Part shown: in pieces, positions 36,692 to 55,161 of the stretch
How the letters are laid out: the number at the start of each line of letters is the position of its first letter
Numbering within the stretch: position 1 is the first letter of the stretch
Source of the DNA: Macrostomum lignano
Lineage: Eukaryota
Assembly: GCA_002269645.1 (NCBI GenBank)
Contig: NIVC01003494.1
Span: 1-55,161, forward strand
Direction of reading: 5' to 3'
DNA length: 55,161 bases
The notes under the pieces: model-generated
What the model was told of the DNA's origin: nothing
Seen by the model: only the letters and a program-made list of their open reading frames with translations
Database searches by the model: none
Translations under genes and position numbers: made by a program

Positions 36692-37823
36692 TATATTTGA
36701 TATATATTTGTATATAGCAAAGCTGTTGGAAAAAAGATTTTCTATTTAGGGTACAGCTTCCTTTATCTGCTTTTGTATTTAATGGAAACAATAGCAAACA
36801 GTGAAGTAACATAACATTTTGCTATAAAGAATAGTATTTTTCTAGATATAATTAGCTTTTTCCTATTTCTATCTATTATTTTATTGCTATTTTTGTTAAG
36901 ATAAATGTGGACATAGCTCGTAGACAGTCCAGAGTTAGAATTTTTAAAGTACATTTTGAGAAACAAAAAAGTTCTATAGAAAGAGTTCATAATAAACAAA
37001 ATTAAAAGAAGGAAAAACTACATTGAAATATGCTCAGAAATTATAGTTTAAAATTCAAAATTCAAAATTGCTGTCATTCAAAATTCAAATTCAATTTGCT
37101 TCAAAATTCTAGCTCATTTAATTATGCTAATCTATAAAAAACATTTAATTTTTTTTTAATTTGTTAATTTTAAATTTTTATATAATAATTATAAAAAAAC
37201 ATTCTTTGAAAACAAAACATTTTTTTAATAATGCCAATTTAGAAATTATGAAATATATGTTTGATTTGTATTGGCCTTGTTCCAATTGTTTTAAATAAGT
37301 ATTTGTCTTCATAGGCTTATTGTATTGTACATTGATCATCTTTGCTCATTTTGCATAATGACTATTTTCTAATGGCTATAGATCTAATAGGAACAGTCTT
37401 TTATAGGCAATTATCTAGACCTATTAATAAAGTCTTTGAACATTATCATTAGAAGTATCTTGTTTTGAATCTTATCATTTCATTTTGATCTTATCTTAAA
37501 CAAAATCTTAATATTACTATTAATTACCCATTAAAAAGTAATTTTTTCTGCTATATTATACCTATAAACTGCACTGCTAGAATATCATTCATTGCTAGAT
37601 CCATAGCCTTTAGAAATGGGTTTTGGTGCCAGAACTCTAGCCATTGCTATTATTTTTGTTATTATACATAATATCAAAATTTAATGACTACAGTATATTT
37701 TGTTATTATTATATAATTTGGCATTTATTTGTTTTTAAAAATTTAGACTTTTTTCTATAGCAATAGACAGAAATAGGAATATGAATTTCAAGGTGCTTGT
37801 GCTGATCAGTGATCACATTGGCA

Positions 37824-38416
37824 CCATAGTCCGGATGGTGTAATGTGGTACGCCGGAAGGAAAAAGGAGGATTCCCAAGTGGTACGCCAGTGGTACGCCA
37901 AAAGAAAGACGTGGGGGTCCCTCAGTGTTTAACGTTGCGGCACTAAAAATTTCGACTTTGAAAACGGTAAAAATGTGGCGGACAAACTTTAACAATTATT
38001 AAAAAATAACAGATATAATCAGCGCTCAGAAATTTATTTACCAATAATACTAGGCTAAATTATTTTATTAATATATTTATGAAATGATTATTCAAGTTAT
38101 ACAATTATGCAGGAAAAAATATATGCAATTTTTTACGTAAAATACATTGTCGTGTGATGTAGTCGTATCTTGTATGTCGTAATTTACGCAAAATTACAAA
38201 AATTTTTTACTCTGGCAACGATTTTTTTGCCTGGTGGTGCCAATGGTACGCTAAAAGTGGTACGCCAATTCAACTTCAGCCTGGTGGTACGCCAAAGGTG
38301 GTACGCCAAATGCTTTTTTGAATCGGTGGTACGCCAATGATGGTACGCCAATTTTTCGGAAAACTCATTTGGTACGCCGGAAATCTCCGGCGTACCAGTC
38401 ACCTTCCGGAGCATGG
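37824..38416. mobile_element. Non-autonomous DNA transposon (MITE), CCA...TGG termini, 8-bp TSD
   Basis: TSD CATTGGCA at 37816-37823 and 38417-38424; TIR CCATAGTCCGGATGGTG vs reverse complement CCATGCTCCGGAAGGTG; many internal GGTACGCC motifs. Confidence 0.78.
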
Positions 38417-38513
38417 CATTGGCATTAGACATTTTTGCCTTTTTGCTTCAAATCAAAAGCAATTTGCTTCAATAATCTCAATTCACTGATTTTAGATTTA
38501 GTTAGGGCCTAGG

Positions 38514-38933
38514 GGTGTAGGACCAAGACTGCCACACACCAAGACCACCACACTTGGGGGAGATAGGAGGGAGGAATTTGGCTCGCCATGTTATTGGATA
38601 GGGCTGAGGAGGGGTGAGATGGGGAGAGCCAGCAAGACAAGGCCACGAGAGAGGAACTGGTAAGCAGGCTAGCCTGGCTAGGTAGGTGAGTGAGCCAGGC
38701 TCCTTGTTTTTTTCATTTAATTTGAATTGTTAAAATTGCCCTGGTTGACGTGCAATCATTTTGGGCCACTTATTCATCTTATTAGTGACCAATCTTAGGA
38801 CACTTCCTCCTCATCTAACTCCACAACCCATCATAACCAATTGCAATGCTGGAAGATTGGTAGCTTCCCCTCAATTCCAATAGTCAGTAAGAGCTGTGGC
38901 GGTCTTGGTATGTGGCGGTCTTGGTCATGCGCC
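38514..38933. mobile_element. MULE-like MITE, 9-bp TSD
   Basis: TSD GGGCCTAGG at 38505-38513 and 38934-38942; ~40-bp TIR with an internal doublet ACCAAGACCGCCACA. Confidence 0.72.
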
Positions 38934-39504
38934 GGGCCTAGGGGCCTATGCTCCCTGGTAAATAATCAAGAAATTTATACAATATTTAAATATTAGGCCC
39001 CGCCGCCCCTATACCAAAGTGTAGACCTAGGCTAGGCTAAACTGTATAGCAGAAAATATTATCCATTTAAATTTAAGTCGGACCACATATTGATAATATA
39101 TTAATATAATTATAAATGTTGCAACTTGCAAGTCTTGCAACTGATTATAGAAATTAATTATCCATAGGCCTAATAACATAGGTGATATTACAATATCACT
39201 AATCACAGTTTTATCTATGTGTATGAGCAGGCCTATGACTATAGAGTAGTCATGCCAATCATGTCGGTTGCAGCAAGTGAAGCCAGCAATTTTAACAACA
39301 AGGGCAAGGGGTTCTATTCTATGTAAAAAATCACATTTAGTAGTTGTTTAAAATCGTGATTGTAAGAAACTATCAGTATAAACAAAGTGTTATTAATATA
39401 GTTAAATTATATTGTTTTTAGTTGTATGCCTTCGTAAGAAAATATTAAAAAGGCTTTCAATAAATTAAAAAATAAGAGCCTCTTTACTGCACATAGAGTT
39501 TTCG

Positions 39505-39915
39505 CGTTCCAGGACATTCGGTCAACCGGCAGTAGGTCAACCAGAGACATTACAGCGGCAACTCGGCAAATTGATTATAGCTGCATCTGCATCAGTGAGA
39601 GAAGTCGTTATCTGATGTCAAATTTGTTTAAAACGTGTACACTCAGAAAACTTTTCGTAACTTTTGTAGCACCTGTAACAACTTTTAGCATTTCTATGGA
39701 AGGCGCCATCTTACGATGACGGCCTTAAGTCTGGGACTGATGTCCGTTTCTCTGTTTATTTCAATTTTAAAACTGCTTCAATTTTTCTAGCAAAAGTAAC
39801 GTGACGTTAATGTTAGCGGCTAACATGCCCGACAAAGATCGAATTTTGGCTTAAAATAAATGTCGGTGGTCGAAATGTCGGTTGACGAAATGCCGGTAGA
39901 AGAAATCGGTTTACC
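39505..39915. mobile_element. Possible degraded MITE
   Basis: GACATT/GTCAACCG motifs at the left end mirrored by CGGTTGAC/AATGTC at the right end; no clean TSD found. Confidence 0.35.
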
Positions 39916-40529
39916 AGTTTTTATGATGAGCCATTGATACGAATGAATTGGGTGTAAATTATTCTTCAATTTGTTGCTAGGCCGGGTCCTTTTGCAGGCT
40001 TTGGGTCTTTTTGTCCGTTCTTGGGTAGGTGGGAGTAGTCCTTAGGAGCATATTTTTCTGTTGAAGGCAGTTGATCTTCCTAATTTTAGGATGCAATCAG
40101 ACTAGAAATAAGACATACTATACATGTAAGAACTGTACGTAAGCATAAGGGAACTAGCGAGACTAGGCTGTAGCAGTCGTTTTTCCTGATCAGTTTCGAG
40201 AAGTTCATCAGCCTTCTTGCAAGGTGCAACCCTCACAGCACTTCTGAATTCCATAATCTAATTAAAACAAAGTAAGCTAAGGATACTGTACCAAAATCTT
40301 GCTCCGGATTGCTATTCTGGCTCACATATTCTACTTAGACAAGGTTAGATAGACACATGGGCATTAGGAAAGTTGCTACGCTCGTATCAAGCGGTCGTTT
40401 TCAGGTAAAGTCTGCGCAAAAAATTCGGCAAAAACAATGGCATTTCAATCAACATGTATCGATGTGTACGATGTGTATCGCCTTAACCGCAAGTGTAAAG
40501 TCTTATTGAATTCTTTGGGTGAAAAAATA

Positions 40530-40894
40530 GGGGGCCGTAGCCCAGCGGTAGCGCAGCTGCTCTGGTGTGCCAGCGACCCAGGCTCGATTCCAAGTGCAGT
40601 CACATTAATTTGGGGCTGAATTGGAATCTCGGCTTGGCTCTGCTCGTGCAATTAACGGCCTTGAGAGCCAACCGCCCAAGGCGCAGTGAAGTGTACATGC
40701 CTAACGATAATATAAAGTTAGGGCCGCTGTACACTCCTGTGTGAGTGTGTGCCTGCGTACGTATCCGCGCGCTTGTGTGCCTGCTCAGGGGAGTCGGCGG
40801 AATGGGCAGTAATGCCTCTCGCCGGATGTGTGCCTATGTCACTTAAAGTGCGCCAGGGTGCACACAACCCCCCCTGCCTCTAATAAATAAAAAA
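40530..40894 (+). mobile_element. Full-length tRNA-derived SINE
   Basis: tRNA-like head GGGGCCGTAGCCCAGCGGTAGCGC with A box TAGCCCAGCGG and B-box variant GGCTCGATTCC; ~290-bp body; AATAAATAAAAAA tail; 12-bp TSD TTGGGTGAAAAA (40515-40526, 40895-40906). Confidence 0.8.
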
Positions 40895-42554
40895 TTGGGT
40901 GAAAAATGCCTTTGATAAAGCCCGAACGAAAGGCGCGCCTGGTCTGGATCACTGCACCCCGGTGGATGAACTAATTTTACTCCCTTCAAATTTACGCGTG
41001 TTGTGGCCGTATCGGCGCTCGCAGTAAAATTCCCCGGCCTTCTTCGCTTCCAATTTCAGAATTTCCTATGCATGACTTTGGATAAAGCCACGTGGGGGTA
41101 GACGAATTTCTCGATTTTTTGACATGTCGATCTGGACATTCGCGCTGGGGACGGTGCGGGAGCGCTGTAGGGTGCGAGTGGTTTTGAACGTGCACGCCTG
41201 GTCAACACTCTTCTTCACTTCATTTATCTATTCTCTCCTATCTCTAAAAGTTGAAGCGTCCCCCCCCTGACAGAAAAACACGCAAGTCAACCAAGCAAAG
41301 CAGCTGCTTCTTGTCGTCCGCGGCAGCAGCAGCCTTGCATCCAAGCGTCGATCTTACGAGCCTTCCCGGCACCAAAAAATCTACTGCCGAGTGGGAAGCG
41401 TAGCGTCATGAAATGCAGTTGTTTTTTAACTAAAAAAATTTAAATTTAATTTTCTGTTTCTGCGCCGAAACTTTGCAGTAACAAAATGAGCTGGAAGCAA
41501 CGAGGCTCTTGCGTCATCATTCTCAAGGAGCGAGTGGATCATCAACTAAGCAGCTTTGAGCTGCGGTAGAAATGTTGTCGAAGATGCACCCCGTTCCGCT
41601 GACTCGTCAGCTCGCACACGAACGCTACTGTAGTATAACTGCACGCGAAAACTCAAAGATCGTGTCCAGGATATTAGCCTCCCAAAAATTCGAATTTTAT
41701 ATCCTGTTACGCTAAAGTGGTCCTTGGCAATCACACGCTCACACAGGGTGTTACAGCGGTCCTGACTTTCTAATCGTAAGGCATGTACACTCTCTGCGTC
41801 TTGGTGGTTGGCACTCGTTGGCGAGAAACTCACGACAACCCCCAAGCCAGTTTTTTGGTCCCTTTGAGTAATAAAAAAATATTGTTTTCATTCGTTTCAA
41901 TATTTTCACCTTCTTTCCATAGACAGATTTAATCAAGAAAAATGCCAATTTTTTCAGAGCATGCTCTATGTTTAAAGTAAATGTACTAGCCAGCATCCGT
42001 TCCTAACCGACCTCCAGTCGATCCCATCACTAAAACCGACAATGAGGGCGGAAAAAAAATCTCAGAAATCCTTCCATTATTTGTGATCTTCCTCAAAGTT
42101 CACGCGCTCATTCAAAGTGGTACGCACTCTCCAAAAAACACTCTCCTTGATTCGGATCCAAATCCTCGAAAATACCGCAAACAACTTGATTGACTATACG
42201 GTAGGTAGAATGGCAAGCGCAGAAGAACCATGCTGAAGAAATGCCGATATGATCTCGGGGCGATCTTCGTTGGCAGCAAGTTACACCAGCCATGCACTCG
42301 ATGGATCTCTATCTGCGCCTGTTCCTGTCAGTTACCTGTGCGTGCTCTTGGCAACACTGCACCCTCACTGCATGGCACAGCGGGGGTCCTGTTTGGGCTA
42401 TACTATAGATAGATCTCCCACCCTCCCACTTTAGATCGTAGTGTAGCACTCGGCCAAGTGCGCCAACTATTTGGCCATTTGACTGGCATAGCCGCATAAA
42501 GCTAAACTCGTTTCTCCTCCCCCCACTGCATGGTCGTTTAATCCCTCTGTGTAT

Positions 42555-42555
<1 letters not shown>

Positions 42556-42605
<50 letters not shown>
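42556..42605. repeat. (TC)n microsatellite upstream of the arrestin gene
   Basis: Direct dinucleotide run. Confidence 0.9.
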
Positions 42606-42607
<2 letters not shown>

Positions 42608-43096
42608 GACTTGCATGGCGACTGCTTGAAAACCGCCAGCTACAGATCTGATTGGCTGGGAGGGCGCCACTCCTGCTCGCTTGATCTCACCCTTCTCTCT
42701 CCCCCTATAAGCTGCTATCTTCTTTAAAAGCCTGACAACATAAAGTTGCATTAAGGAAACGCGATTGCGTATTGAAGTCCCGTCTTGAGTCGCGTCCTGT
42801 TTCTATAGACAGCTCAGGGCAGCCCGCAAAAAAGGACAGCAAAAAGTCGTTCTCTTGAGAGAACGGGTAGGCAGGAGATAGAGAAGTCTGAGCCAAAGAA
42901 GCTCGAAAGTCTCCGGGCATCATAATAACAAATTTCTATTTGGCTTCCTACCAACCCCGAACCAGAGGGCCGGACACGGTTTAATAGCATTCTCATATCT
43001 GTTTTATGCGAGCTTCCAGGCCGCCCTCAGTCATCGTTTTGCATAGCCATAGGAAATAACTGAACTTAGTGGCAACGACAAGAAATGGGCTGCGAG

Positions 43097-55161
<12,065 letters not shown>

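Noticed and set aside
40530-40605. tRNA gene
   Set aside because: Degenerate cloverleaf and B box, followed by a SINE body, A-rich tail and TSD.
41000-43000. Short ORFs upstream of the arrestin gene
   Set aside because: 60-100 aa with no recognisable motifs or consistent exon structure; probably promoter or UTR sequence.

Overview
Eukaryotic (animal) genomic DNA with spliceosomal introns. Minisatellite-packed introns and GC-rich exons suggest the flatworm Macrostomum, but this is inference only. Minus strand, in transcription order: PECR (2 exons, PTS1 -AKL), a ZCCHC8-like PSP protein (2 exons), and a complete ~15-exon polybromo-1 (6 bromodomains, 2 BAH, HMG). Every polybromo intron carries a tandem repeat, one of them ~9 kb. 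An AT-rich island at 35.3-41 kb holds MITEs and a tRNA-derived SINE with target-site duplications. On the plus strand an alpha-arrestin (ARRDC-like) gene starts at ~43.1 kb and runs off the window. The main finding lies in its 10.7-kb first intron. Two antisense tandem genes there splice in frame into ~930-aa proteins: ankyrin repeats + cGAS-like/Mab-21 nucleotidyltransferase with intact catalytic motifs + a Cys-containing helical C-terminal domain. The ORF track shows them only as fragments. Their ankyrin modules are nearly identical in DNA while the enzyme modules are diverged, and a (GTAA)144 array separates them. Five 1-bp deletions in coding exons (2 in PBRM1, 3 in the upstream cGLR copy) look like long-read consensus errors. 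All splice models were derived by eye from GT/AG signals and phase; none has RNA support here.
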